The notes below the pieces were generated by a model that was given only the letters and a program-made list of their open reading frames with translations, did not search any database and was not told where the DNA came from. DNA of 64,000 nucleotides from Squalus acanthias (taxonomy: Eukaryota), in contig CM059432.1 in NCBI GenBank assembly GCA_030390025.1, positions 62,064,001 through 62,128,000 on the forward strand, written 5' to 3'. Numbering within the stretch: the stretch's first letter is position 1; every line of letters begins with the position of its first letter. A program made the position numbers and the translations under genes. Of this stretch, positions 37,003 through 49,999 are shown piece by piece.

Positions 37003-37981
37003 TATGGTCGGTTAAAAAACTTTTGAATTGTGAAAGTTAATTGATGTATTTACTGCAAAATTGGCAACTTTCAAATAACCACAAGAAATATCTGAATGTA
37101 GGAAATGTTCTTAAAATGCATTTAAATACAATTTTACAACTGGAACTATGAGGTAAGTAAACAACATTGAGAAAGTCAGATCTCACTTGTCACTAACTGA
37201 GGAGCTTTTGGGAGGAATGGTAAATGGAACCACATGGTTGTTTTTAGGATGGTAGCACATCTGTGCTGCTGGATGAAGCCCCACTATTCTCCTAAGATGC
37301 TTTCCTTTTCATTCTCTGGAGGTCTAAAAGAGAACAATGTAGCAAGCTATGAAAGATATCTAGAAGAGTTTCACCACTGTGTTCATCATGTCGACCAGAA
37401 AGGAAACATTATGTGACAGCTGGGCCCCACGATATTGTAAATTGTTTTGCAATACACTTGTATCCCTATTCATGTGGTTAACCTACACTGACCATAAGTT
37501 GCAGTGTCCACAAGAATATATAGCTTGCTTTCCTCCTTTGTTCTTTGGGACTGAGTTGGGGAGAACACTTGTGCATATAGCTGATGTGTCCCTTTTACCT
37601 GGCTTGTCCTGCATAAGATGCAGCCGTACACGACGTTGCGTCCCTCCCCCCTGCTATACAACTGTGCATTTGAGGACTGGCTGTTTATGTGGATTTATTG
37701 TGTGTACTTTTTGCATATTTGTGAGCTGCAGCAGATTCTTCTCATTGGAAAGATACTCCTCCTGAGGTCATATGGCCTGCTGCTTTCCTGACCCTGTGGA
37801 CGAATCACATGAATAAACAAGAGCAAGATGTTACTTAATTCATATTTGAATAAGCATAGATTGAAGATCAATCTGACAGTAAAACTTGGTTTAAAAATAT
37901 GAATTTCAAAGTAAATACAACTGATTCAACATTGTGGATAATTCTGCACAAAATATGTTTATGGGGAAACTACAGAACCCT

Positions 37982-38435
37982 GGCCTGGAAGTTTGTTTGC
38001 GCAAACTGGGAGGGGTGTGACCGGGCGAGGAGGCCGGGGGCCATTGCGAAGGGGTGGTTGGAGGGCAAGCGGTGGCCGGCAGCGGTCTGTGGATTCAGGT
38101 TCTCCACATTCAGTTAAGTATTTTTCACAAACTTACCTTGTTGGTTGTGGCCTGTAGCTTTAAGGATTGCTGGTTAGGCTGCATGCAAACCTGATTTTCC
38201 AGAACACAGGTGGCTCGGCGCCGGCTGTGTTCAGGCCAACCCAATCTTTCACAGGACCTCAAATAGGCGTTAGGCTCCTTATTTGCATATGCGTGCCTTT
38301 TTTTTGCCATACCAATTTGGCGGGCGGCACACTTCCTGGTTATAATGAGCGCGCGCTTCCTGCCCGCCATATTGGAGGCATAGGCACCTGCTTAGCACCC
38401 AACAAATGCATGTGGCGCCATTGAATTTCTAGGCC
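37982..38435. mobile_element. Harbinger-type MITE, degraded
   Basis: Imperfect TIRs ggcctggaagtt / gaatttctaggcc around a GC-rich body. Confidence 0.65.
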
Positions 38436-38930
38436 ATAGTATAGCATGTTGACTTTGATTGAATGTGTGAGAAAGAAAGATCCTTGCGGAATGTTTAAGG
38501 CAAAGTCACCTTTTCAGTTTAATTTATATTCAACTCTATTCAAGATTTACTTGGGTACAAACAGGCTGATCTTGACTGAGTTGCAAAGGAATCGCGTACA
38601 AACATGCTGATCTTAGCTGAATTGCAGGGCAGTATTAAAACAAACCTCTGACCTCTCCAACTGTCCTTTTTCATACTTATTATAACTACATATTTTAACC
38701 CCTTAAATTCTAACGTATCTATTTACTATTTTAGCAGTGAGATATTGGGGATGTAAGCCAGGATTACTCAAAAGTGTGCAGAACAATGCTGTACTGAGCT
38801 AAAACCCAGCATAATGCTGCACCTGGCTATGAAAGTATATACATCATAATTTAGAAATACAGTAATTGGATAAGTGTTAATTTAGTTTCATGTGTTATTT
38901 ATGCATATAGACACTTGTTCACAGTGATCA

Positions 38931-39395
38931 GTGTCAGCTGTGGCTCAGTTGGTAGCACACTCGCCTCTGAGTCAAAAGGTTGTGGGTTCAAGTCCCACTC
39001 CAGGGATTTGAGCACATAAAGCTAGGCTGACACTCCAGTGCAGTGCTGAGGGAGTGCTGCACTGTCGGAGGCGGCGTCTTTCGGATGAGATGTTAAACCG
39101 AGTCCCCGTCTGCTCCCTCAGGTGGACGTAAAAGATCCCATGGCACTATTTCGAAGAAGAGCAGGGGAGTTATCCCCGGTGTCCTGGCCAGTATTTATCC
39201 CTCAATCAACATAACAAAAAACAGATTATCTGGTAATTATCACATTGCTGTTTGTGGGACGTTGCTGTGTGCAAATTGGCTGCCGCGTTTCCCACATTAC
39301 AACAGTGACTCCACTTCAAAAGTACTTCATTGGCTGTAAAGCGCTTTGAGACGTCCAGTGGTTGTGAAAGGCGCTATATAAATGCAAGTCTTTTT
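38931..39395 (+). mobile_element. Deu-SINE (SacSINE1-like), full length
   Basis: A box tggctcagttgg, B box ggttcaagtccc, Deu domain, L2-like tail gcgctatataaatgcaagtc. Confidence 0.9.
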
Positions 39396-39599
39396 ATAGG
39401 GATTGCACCATATTCCTTGAGATTGGTCTTGGCACAGGACTCCTGACAGTCTTGTGTCTCATGGCAGCATTGGGTCTTCTTAACAATGCCCTGACACTCT
39501 TTCAGATCAGTTATTTCTTGCTTTGTGTTCTATCTTGTTTCATGTATACCATTTTAATATCCCTAGAATTGTCCCTCTATGATCTGTTAGGCTGTACAG

Positions 39600-39960
39600 T
39601 CTCCAGCTCATGGCATGTTGACTGATTGCCCAATTTGATGAAATATCCACCGGTCAAAGTAACCAATGAAATTTAATGCAGACGAATGCAAAGAATTGCA
39701 CGAAGATAGTAGAAATGGGCAACATACGTGCTCCATAAATGGTGTTGAAATATCTACGGATAAAGTTGAAAGAGACTAGGATTCTTAGCAGACTCATTGC
39801 TCAACATGTCCAACCAATGCAGAGCAACAACCAACAAAGCCAATAGAATGTTGAACGACATAGTTAAAACAGTAGAATTGCAAGTCAGAGGAAGTCATGC
39901 CCAAACTGTACAGTGCTCTGGTTAGACCACACCTTGAGTACTGTGTCCAGTACCGAGAAA
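39600..39960 (+). mobile_element. Old CR1 fragment
   Basis: atgaaatttaatgcaga..; ctgtacagtgctctggttagaccacaccttgagtactgtgtccag (LYSALVRPHLEYCVQ). Confidence 0.7.
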
Positions 39961-41296
39961 CAAGGGAGACAATCAATGGCTGCAGAAGTAACAACAGTAA
40001 TATTGGAATTGTGCATAAGTGGATAAAAGACCCTTTTTAAAACCTATTTCATACACCATTGGATAAGTAATGAGAAATGTTAATGTTGTATCGGATTAAT
40101 GCAAACCTCAATTGGCCCATGTCTAGCCAGAACTTAGCCTGTTTTAGAATTCTCTTGTGCTTTACAATCCAAAAACCTGTGAAGTCAGCTGTCAGTCATC
40201 AATGATTAGAAAGGGCAATGATTTGCACTGTTGCATAGAATGCCGATGAGCAGGTGCTCCCACTTCATTTGGCTTGTAATGGCCTGTTAATGCATTGACC
40301 GTGTACAATTTAATTAGCACCCAGAATAAAGCCTCTGTATCCTGACTAATTTCCAAATCAAGTCTCCATTTTAAATTGGGTTAAGGAAAACCCGTTCCAT
40401 TTTAACACTAGCTGTTTCAAAAAATAAAACACAGAAATCTCTCTCTTTTGTCAACTTCTCCTCCTGTTGGAAAGTGCCTAGTCTTCACTCAGTTTAAGAC
40501 TGATCATTGTGCAAATTTGTGTACTACTACTCATCAACACTGTTCTTTTAGTACCTATCTTATTTTTTTTCAGAAAACTTTATTTTTTAATGGTTTGTTT
40601 AAATGACAAAGTTATGATTCATCACAACTGATTTTGGAAAATTACAGTCTGGTTACCAGGAGGAAATAAAATTTAGTGGAGGTGACATTTAACCCAGGGT
40701 GCTTCACCACTTCATATAATTTTAAACTTTGTGGGTTAATTTAACTCCCTGACTATTGCACTCATTAACTCTTCCAGCCAGTTTGCCCAACAATGTCATC
40801 AACAGTTTCCATTGGAATAAAAATATTCAGCAGGTGAAAGTTAATATTTATCTATGGTAACTAATTGTTCAAAGGGCTGCTGGTAGGGAGATTAACGCCT
40901 TATTAATCTGTGAATTATCAGTGAATGATTACATAGTATGTTTGTAAAGTTGCTGACCAAAAGAAAAGTTTTGGACCATATCCTTCTGTATAATTTTACT
41001 GCAAATACAAATATTTCAGAAAACATTGGTCTTACTATGGCTGTCAGTTGCCAATGAAACAATTATATTTATAGATATGAGAGCTATAAGCTGTATTTGT
41101 TCAGAACCATGTATGTTTGTAAGATTTCAATATTGTGCCATTTAGTTGGATGGTGACCTGGATGCCTATACTATTAGAATGTTAGATTTAGACTTGTTGT
41201 GTTCTGTAACTGAGTACTAATTTCCAAATATCTGAAATATCCTTGTGAAATTGGTGGCATTTAGGATAAATCTAACAATTATTTTATTCTCTGCAG

Positions 41297-41397
41297 GGGA
41301 GGACTAGCAGAGAGGTTAAACAGACTACAATGCAGAGAGAGGTCTGCCATCATTTTTTGGAGGCATCAGTCTCTAACTGATTCCAAAACTCATGCAG
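41297..41397 (+). CDS. SPIDR: SPIDR internal coding exon, 101 bp (phase 2 to phase 1)
   Basis: Acceptor ttttattctctgcag|, donor cag|gtagga; encodes (R)GGLAERLNRLQCRERSAIIFWRHQSLTDSKTHA, matching the conserved SPIDR GGLAERLN.LQ.RERSAI..WRHQ block. Confidence 0.92.
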
Positions 41398-41552
41398 GTA
41401 GGATCCCCGTACAACTTAAAAAATACTTTGTTTTCAAACATTTATGTGCATGAGCTTGCTGTGGTCAGTATTATTTTTGAAAAGTCTCCTTACTTGTGTC
41501 TATTCCAAACCTATTCTTAAAATGTTTTAAAAACAGCATGTAACTTTGTTTG

Positions 41553-41990
41553 TATGTCAACTTGGGGTAGTTGGCCAGACTTTTGCCTCTGAATCAGAAG
41601 GTGTAAGACAAACTTCAGGACTTGAGAAGCTAATCTAAGCTGACATTCCAGTGTAGTACTGAACAGATACTGAATTTTCTGAAATGTCGTTAAACAGTGG
41701 TCCCTTCTGCCTGTTGCAGTGATTGACGTGGACATTGAAGATCCAATGTCACTATTTAAAGCAGAGCAGGAAGTTCTTGTTGCATCCTGACCAATGGTCC
41801 TTCCTCTACCAAAAACATATTCTTCACTGCATTGCTGTTTGTGGTCTCTTCCTGTGTGCAAATGGCTGCTGTTTTTATAGATAGCAATAATGGTCATTGT
41901 ACATTCGCAATAATTAATTGTCTGTCAGTCGTTTTGAGATATTTCTGAGAGATGTGATAACGTGCTATAGAAATGCCAGTCTATTTTCTT
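41553..41990 (+). mobile_element. Deu-SINE, degraded
   Basis: gcctctgaatcagaagg head remnant, gaagatccaatgtcactattt, tail gctatagaaatgccagtc. Confidence 0.7.
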
Positions 41991-42974
41991 TGCACAGTTG
42001 TTTGAAACAAATGCTGTTGGTAACAAAATATAGTTGATATTAAGAAAATGGTCCTGCAGTCTCTTAACTGTGATGAATTAGATGTGGATGCCTTTAAATT
42101 TTAAAACAGAATTTAAATTTCATTTGGAGAACCCAAGTTTGAATATCAGTTTCCACTGTTATTGGAGTAGATTTTCTACCTAGTGTTGTTACAATTCAGG
42201 TTTCCCCAGCTACTTTTTCTTGTATCCAACACAAAAGCTGGTTCATATTGACAGGCCAAGATGATCTGCAATAGTGTGCTCTGGGCGAACAATAAACCCA
42301 TTTATTGCTTTCTGGATTACAAGTAGAATTTCTATTACATACCCCCATCACTTGAAAAGATGATTAACGTCAGACATACCATACACGATTTTTTGTAGTG
42401 GGCTGAATTACCAAGCAGGTTTATTCACAGATTGAGCTGTTTACAACAAGTTGTTAAAGATAATGCAGCAGTTTGGAATCAGTCCATGAAAGGGTTAAAC
42501 AGACAAACCAGTTGATTTGAATGGCTTTTTCTGCAACTCTTTCAACCAATAGATAAACACTGCTGAAGAGATTAGATGCTTGATCCCTACTGTCCCTAAT
42601 AGTCTTTCTCAGATTTATGTAGGTGCATTAGCCATAGAGTTGTGTTTTTCCTCTTACTTGTTGAAGATAGGTCAAAACCATAATGAACAGTTTGGATATA
42701 CCAGTTATACTCTTAAGCCCATAAAGTCCCTTGAAATGCAGTTTTTGAGAAGCCAATTTGTGAAACGGTAGCATTTCACTCGAACAATGAACAACAAGCT
42801 CTGTAAAACAAACATAATGGCATAGTAATGGACACATGTGGTGTCTACCAATTGCTATCTATGGAATATCTTGATTAGATTATGTTGTTGCTTATTAGCT
42901 CAACGATACATGTTAATTCTTTCTGGTACTTTGCTGTGCGTGGTGATTAATTTCCTAAATGCGCATATCTGCTA

Positions 42975-43805
42975 GCAACAACAACAGTTTGCATTTATAA
43001 AGCCCCTTTAATGTAGTGAAACATCCCAAGGCACTTCACAGGAGCGTTATCAGACAAAATTTGACACCGAGCCACATGAGATCTTAGGACAGGTGACAAA
43101 AAGCTTGGTCAAAGAGGTAGGTTTTACGGAGCATCGTAAAGGAGGAGGCAGAGTGAAGAGGCGGAAAGGTTTAAGGAGGGAATTACAGAGCCTCGGGCCT
43201 AGATGGCTGAAGGCACAGTTGCCAATGGTGGGGCGAAGGAAATCGGGAATGCGCAAGAGACCAGAATTGGAGCAACGCAGAGTTCTCAGAGGGTTGTAAG
43301 GCTGGAGGAGGCTATAGAGGTGGGGAAGGGCGAGGCCATGGAGAAATTTGAAAACAAGAATGAGAATTTTAAATTCGGGGCATTGCTGGACCGGGAGCCG
43401 ATGTAGGTCAGCGAGCACAGGGGTGATGGATGAACGGGACTTGGTGCGAGTTACGATACGGGCAGCAAAGTTTTGGAAGATATCAAGTATTGAGCTCAAT
43501 CAACAGTATTGGCTTGACCGACTTCTTTCTGATGTACTTCACCCAGAGCCAAAATAATGGAACTGTTCCATTATTTTGGCACTGGGTGAAGTACATCAGA
43601 AAGAAGTCGGTCAAACCAATACTGTTGATTGAGCTCAATACTTGATCGAGTAGTATGCTGAAGTTCTGCACTTTCTGACTTAGCCTGAGGAGATTGGGAG
43701 CCGGGGAGATTGCTGAAGTATAAGGCACCAAAGAGGAAAGCTTTGGTTTTCCCATCATTATTTTGGAGGAAAGTTTGGATCATTCAGGTCTTGATATCGG
43801 ACAAG
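42975..43805 (-). mobile_element. L2 LINE 3' fragment interrupted by a 165-bp palindrome
   Basis: (ttg)n tail; QNFAARIVTRTK..ITPVLADLH.LPV..FKILILVFK. Confidence 0.85.
43482..43646. repeat. Near-perfect 165-bp palindrome
   Basis: 82-bp arms centred on T43564 with only 2 mismatches. Confidence 0.97.
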
Positions 43806-44169
43806 TAGGTAAAGCTACTACCACCAGGCAAGCATAATGCTGTTGTACTTTCAAAACAAAAGTGAACGAGGACAACTTAGTGACTGTCCCACAGATTTCC
43901 ATCAAAGGAGGTACCGTAGCTGCTGTAAATGAAGTGGCTATCACACTGTTGGTGTGGGTTGGACTGCCTGGGCAGGATTTGTGGGTTTTATGTGGGCACT
44001 GAGAATCTCAGGAGCACTGTACGAATTTTTCTAACCATTTCAATTTTTCTAAATATTCCAATTCCAAGCGCAGATCAAACCTAGAGCAGTTTTGGAGAAA
44101 TGGGGAGTACTATTTGCCTTTTGGTTGTGTGATTAGATGAAGGCGTGTAATGCTGGAGTGTCCTGTAGT

Positions 44170-45010
44170 GAAGGAAGAGTGATCAGCATCTCTTTATGGC
44201 AGGGAAAGTGACTTTTTTGTCACCAAGATCGAGTTAATTTGTGCAGCTGCCTCTGCTGCGTCCTCCCCTTCCCCTTACTCCTAGGCCCCTCTCTCCCACT
44301 TTCTAGTTCTGAACCACCTTCTCTTTTTGGGTTCTTCCCTTCATCCACCACATTCTGGAGCTCATCTTTTCTGAGACTCACATCCTGCTCTCTTGAGTCT
44401 CAACTCCCCTTCCTGATTTCTATGCTAGCTGACATTGTCAGTGGTTCCCTCTCCTTACATACTGCCTGTTTACTTCAAAATCCCTTTATCACCCGCCTTC
44501 TCAAAAAACAATTCATCCTTGGCCCTTCCGGTCTTGCCAATTACTGCCCCATCTACAATCCCCCTTTCCTCTTTATGCTCCATGAACATAAACCCCTCTG
44601 GTCCATGCACTCTCTCCTGTAATTTCCCGTTTGACACTAAGGGAATCAAGGGATATGGGGATAGTGCAGGTAGGTGGAGTTGAGATAGAAGATCAGCCAT
44701 GATCTTATTGAATGACAGAGCAGGCTCGAAGGGCCAAATGGCCTACTACTGCTATTTTTATGAATCTCTCAAATCAAGTTTCCGCCCCTCCCACAGCACC
44801 GAACTGTCCCTATTTAAAGTCATAAACTGCATTATCTATGACTGTGATGGTGGTTTATTATCCCTCCTCGCCCTCTCTGCAGCCTTTGACCCAATCGACC
44901 ACACTATCCTCCACCAATACCTGTCTTCTAATGTCCTACGTAGTGCGACTACTCTTGTTTGGCTCTACTTTTTACCTATCTGATTGTAGCTAGATCAACT
45001 CTTGCAAGGT
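44170..45010 (+). mobile_element. Degraded L2 RT fragment containing a CR1 tail insertion (~44629-44758)
   Basis: LANYCPI, S.FRPSHSTE, LSAAFDPIDHTIL; inserted DTKGIKGYGDSAGRWS plus CR1 3'UTR. Confidence 0.8.
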
Positions 45011-45029
45011 CTTCTCTTGATGGTCACTT

Positions 45030-45173
45030 TTACCAATACCAGCTTTTTATTTCCAGTTTTTAAAAAACTGAATGCAAATTCTCAAACTGTCATGGTGGGA
45101 TTTGAACTAGCGTTCTCTGGATTGTTAGTCCAGGTCTAGTACAGTTAAATAACCACGACATAATATCGTACCC
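45030..45173 (-). mobile_element. Isolated tRNA-like head of the family-B element
   Basis: Reverse complement reads gtggtta..ctggactaacaatccagag..gttcaaatcccacc..gaatt..attcagtt, as at 46716-46835. Confidence 0.7.
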
Positions 45174-45174
45174 T

Positions 45175-46560
45175 GCAGCTAATTTTTAAGAAGGGAGATA
45201 GAACATGTCCAGGGAGCTCCAGACCAGTCAGCTTAACATCGGTGGTAGGAAGAATAATGGAGTCCCTACTAAAGGAGAAAATAGAAAAACATCTAGAAAC
45301 CAAAAATGTAATAACGAGTAGTCAGCATGGATTTCAAAAGGGAAAGTCTTGCTTGACCAACGTCATTGAATTCTTTGAAGAGGTAACGGAGAGAGTGGAC
45401 AAGGATAATGCAGTCGATATAATTTATCTAAATTTCCAAAAGGCCTTTGATAATAGACTAATGAATAAGGCCAGGGGACAAGTAGCAGAATGGATAGCAA
45501 GCTGGCTGCAAGACAGAAAGCAGAGAGAGTAGGTGTAAAGGGTAGCTATTCAGAGTGGCAGAAGGTGGAAAGTGGGGTCCCACAAGGATTAGTGCTGGGA
45601 CCACTGTTCACAATTTATATTAATGATTTAGACTTTGGAATCAAAAACACAATTTCTAAATTTGCAGATGACACCAAATTGTGGGGGTGGGGGGGGGGGG
45701 GGAATAGTCAATACTGAGGAGGACTGCAACAAATTACAAGACATTAATAAACTTGCAGAACGGGCAAATGAATTTTAACACAGATAAGTCTGAGGTATTA
45801 CATGTTGCCACATATTACTTGGAAAATAAGAATCAATGGGGTAGAGGAGCAAAGGGATCTGGGACTACAAATCACTAAACGTAGCGACACAGGTTAACAA
45901 GGCCATAAAAAAAGCAAAGCAAGCACTAGGGTTTATTTTTACAGGGATAGAATTGAAAAGTAGAGAAGTTATGCTCAACCTGTATCGAACCTTGGTTTGA
46001 CCACACTTGGAGTACTGTGTACAGTTCTGGCTGCCATATTATAAAAAGGATATAGAGGCACTAGAGAGGGTGGAAAAAAGGTTTACAAGGATGATACCAG
46101 AAATGCGAGGTTATACCTATCAGGAAAGGAGGAACAGCCTTGGTCTCTTTTCTCTTGAAAAGAGAGGGCCGAGGGGTCTTTAAAATCATGAAAGGTATTG
46201 AAAGAGTAGACCCACAGGGAGAGTGTTTCCACTTGTGGGGAAGAGCAAAACTAGAGGCCATCAATACAAGATAGTCACCAAGAAAACATATAGGGAATTC
46301 AGAAGAAACTTCTTTACCCAGAGAGTGGTGAGAATGTGGAATTCGCTACCTCGGAGTGGTTGAGGCAAATAGTATAGATACATTTAAAGGGAGGCTAGAT
46401 AAGCATATGCGGGAGAGGGGAATAGAGGGTTATGCTGACAGAGTTAGATGAGGAAAGACGGGAGGGGGCTCGAGTGGAGAATAAACACTGGCATGGACTG
46501 GTTGGGCAAAATGGCCTGTTTCTGTGCTGTATGCTCTATGTAAATCTATGTAATTCTATA
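45175..46560 (+). mobile_element. CR1 LINE, 5'-truncated and decayed
   Basis: [29 protein letters not shown], 3'UTR with (ctatgtaa)n-like tail. Confidence 0.9.
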
Positions 46561-46715
46561 TATATATCCCTTTTATGTTCTTTAACTTTCTTCCTTTCAT
46601 TTTTATCTAAAACACTGATTTTCACCCAGGCCCCACTCTAAATACAGTGGCAATGCTACAGGCGATATACTACTTTATAGTATAAGGCCATATGGATAGA
46701 TTTTATGAATTAAAC

Positions 46716-49700
46716 GGGAACGGTAGCATAGTGGTTATGTTACTGGACTAATGATCCAGAGATGTGAGTTTAAATCCCACCACGGCAGCTGGGGAATTTA
46801 AATTCAGTTAATTAAATAAATCTGGATTAAAAAGCATGAAACTACTGGATTGTCGTAACCATCTGGTTCACTAATGTCCTTTAGGGAAGTAAATCTACTG
46901 TCCTTACCTGGTCTGGCCTATATTTGCCAGCAATGTGGTTGACTCTTAGCTGCCCTCTGAAATGGCCTAGCAAGCCACTCAGTTGTAACAAACCGCTATA
47001 GAAAACAAAAGTAAGAATAAAATCGGACGAACCACCCAGCATCGACCTCGGCACCGACTTCGGACAAGACAACGGCACACCCAGCCCTGTCAACCCTGCA
47101 AAGTCCTCCTCACTAACATCTGGGGACTTGTGCCAAAATTGGGAGAGCTGTCCCACAGACTGGTCAAGCAACAGCCTGACATAGTCATACTAACAGAATC
47201 ATACCTTTCAGCCAATGTCCCATACCCCTCCATCACCATCCCTGGGTATGTCCTGTCCCATCGGCAGGACAGACCCACCAGAGATGGCGGTACTGTGGTA
47301 TACAGTCAGGAGGGAGTGACCCTGGGAGACCTCAACATTGACTCCGGACCCCATGAAGTCTCATGGCTTCAGGTCAAGAATGGGCAAGGAAACCTCCTGC
47401 TGATTACCACCTACCGCCATCCCTCAGCTGATGAATCAGTACTTCTCCATGTTGAACACTAGTTGGAAGAAGCACTGAGGGTAGCAAGGGCACAGAATGT
47501 ACTCTGGGTGGGGGACTTCAATGCCAAGAGTGGCTCGGTCGCACCACTACTGACCGAGCTGGCCGAGTCCTGAAGGACATAGTGGCCAGACTGGGCCTGC
47601 GGCAGGTGGTGAGAGAACCAACCCGAGGAAAAAACCTATTTGACCTCGTCCTCACCAATCTACCTGCCACAGATGCATCTGTCCATGACAACATTGGTAG
47701 CAGTGACCACCACACAGTCATTGTGGAGACGAAGCCCCGTCTTCACACTGAGGACACTCTCCATCATGTTGTGTGGCACTACCACCGTGCTAAATGGGAT
47801 AGAGTCATAACGTAATAACGGCACAGAAGGAGGCCATTCGGCCTATCGAGTCCGCTCTCTGCAGAGCAATCCAGTCAGCCCCATTCCCCCCATAGATAGA
47901 TGGGGGGGATAGATTCAGAACAGATCTAGCAGCTCAAAACTGAGCAGCCATGAGGCGCTGTGGGCCATCAGCAGCAGCAGAATTGTACTTCACAATCTGT
48001 AACCTCATGGCCCGGCATATCCCTCACTCTACCATTACCATCAAGCCAGGGGACCAACCCTGGTTCAATGAAGAGTGCAGGAGCAGCACCAGGTGTACCT
48101 AAAAATGAGGTGCTAACCTGGGGAAGCTGCAACACAAAACTACATGGATGCTAAACAGCGACAGCGATCCCACAACCAACGGATCAGATCAAAGCTTTGC
48201 AGTCCTGCCACATCTAGTCATGAATGGTGGTGGACAATTAAACAACTAACGGGGGGAGGAGGAGGAATATCCCCATGCTCAATGATGGCGGAGCCCAGCA
48301 CGCGAGTGCAAAAGACAAGGCTGAAGTGTTTGCAACCATCTTCAGCCAGAAGTGCCGAGTGGATGATCCATTTCTGCCTCTTCCTGAGGTCCCCACCATC
48401 ACAGAAGCCAGTCTTCAGCCAATTCCATTCACTCCATGTGATATCAAGAATTGGCTGAGCACGCTGGATACAACAAAGGCTATGGGCTCCGGACAACATC
48501 CTGGCTGCCGTGCTGAAGACTTGCGCTCCAGAACTAGCCGCGCCTCTAGCCAAGTTGTTCCAGTACAGCTACAAAACTACCCGACAATGTGGAAAACTGC
48601 CCAGGTATGTCCTGTCCACAATAGCGGGACAAATCTAATCTGACCAATTACCACCCCATCAGTCTACTCTCAATCATCAGCGAAGTGATGGAAGGTGTCG
48701 TCAGCAGTGCTATCAAGCGGCACTTACTCACCAATAATCTGCTCGCGTATGCTCAGCTTGGATTCCAGCAGGACCAGTCGGCTCCAGATCGCATTACAAC
48801 CTTGGTCCAAACATGGACAAAAGGGCTGAATTCCATAGGTGAGGTGAGAGTGACTGCCCTTGACATCAAGGCAGCATTTGACCGAGTGTGACATCAAGGA
48901 GCCCTATTAAAATTGAAGTCAATGCGAATCAGGGGATCTCCACTGGCTGGTGTCATACCGAGCACAAAGAAAGATGGTTATGGTTGTTGGAGGACAATCA
49001 TCTCAGCCCCAAGACACAGCTACAGGAGTTCCTCAGGGTAGTGTCCTAGGCCCAACCATCTTCAGCTGCTTCATCAATGACCTTCCCTCCAACATAAGGT
49101 CAGAAATGGAGATGTACGCTGATGACTGCACGGTGTTCAGTGCCATTCACAACTCCTCAGATAATGAAGCAGTCCATGCCCGCATGCAACAAGACCTGGA
49201 CAACGTTCAGGCTTGGGCTGATAATTGGCAGGTAACATTCGCGCCACAGAAGTGCCAGGCAATGACTATCTCCAACAAGCAAGAGTCCAACCACCACCGC
49301 TTGACATTCAAGGGCATTACCATTGCTGAATCCCCCACCATCAACATCCTGGGGGTCACCAGAAGCTTAACTGGACCAGCCACACACATATTGTGGCAAC
49401 AAGAGCAGGTCAGAGGCTAGGTATTCTGCAGCGAGTGTCTCACCTCCTGACTCCCCAAAGCCTTTCTACCTTCTACAAGGCACAAGTAAGCAGTGTGATG
49501 GAATACTCTCCACTTGCCTGGATGAGTGCAGCTCCAACAACACTCAAGAAGCTCGACACCATCCAGGACAAAGCAGCCCGCTTGATTGGCACCCCATCCA
49601 CCACCTTAAATATTCACTCCCTCCACCACCTGGCGTACCATGGCTGCAGTGTGTACCATCTACAAGATGCACTGCAGCAACTCGCCAAGGCTTCTTCGGC

Positions 49701-49985
49701 AGCACCTCCCAAGCCCTCGACCTCTTCCACCTAGAAGGACAAGGGCAGCAGGCGTGTGGGAACACCACCACCTCCAAGTTACACACCATCCTGACTTAGA
49801 AGTATATCACCGATCCTTCATCGTCGCTGGGTCAAAATACTGGAACTCCCTACCTAACAGCACTGTGGGAGTACCTTCACCACACGGACTGCAGTGGTTC
49901 AAGAAGGCGGCTCACCACCACCTTCTCAAGGGCAATTAGGGATGAGCAATAAATGCTGGCCTTGCCAGCGACTCCCACATCCCAT
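46716..49985 (+). mobile_element. Near-complete LINE family B: tRNA-like 5' head, then a single decayed APE-RT ORF and 3' tail (clade not resolved)
   Basis: A-box-like tagcatagtgg 46724-46734 and B-box-like gagtttaaatcc 46766-46777; [51 protein letters not shown]; stops and frameshifts present. Confidence 0.88.
47804..47905 (-). mobile_element. ~100-bp CR1 3'-tail insertion inside LINE family B
   Basis: Same tail as the 56769 copy; flanked by gggataga at 47796-47803 and 47906-47913. Confidence 0.8.
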
Positions 49986-49999
49986 AAAAACTAAAACAT

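Noticed and set aside
38555..38630. Imperfect ~41-bp direct duplication (gtacaaaca.gctgatctt..ctga.ttgca)
   Set aside because: Two diverged units only; an ordinary local duplication.
38931..39005. tRNA genes (also at 21495-21567, 46716-46790 and 56457-56530)
   Set aside because: These are heads of retroposons continuing into SINE or LINE bodies, without a convincing full cloverleaf.
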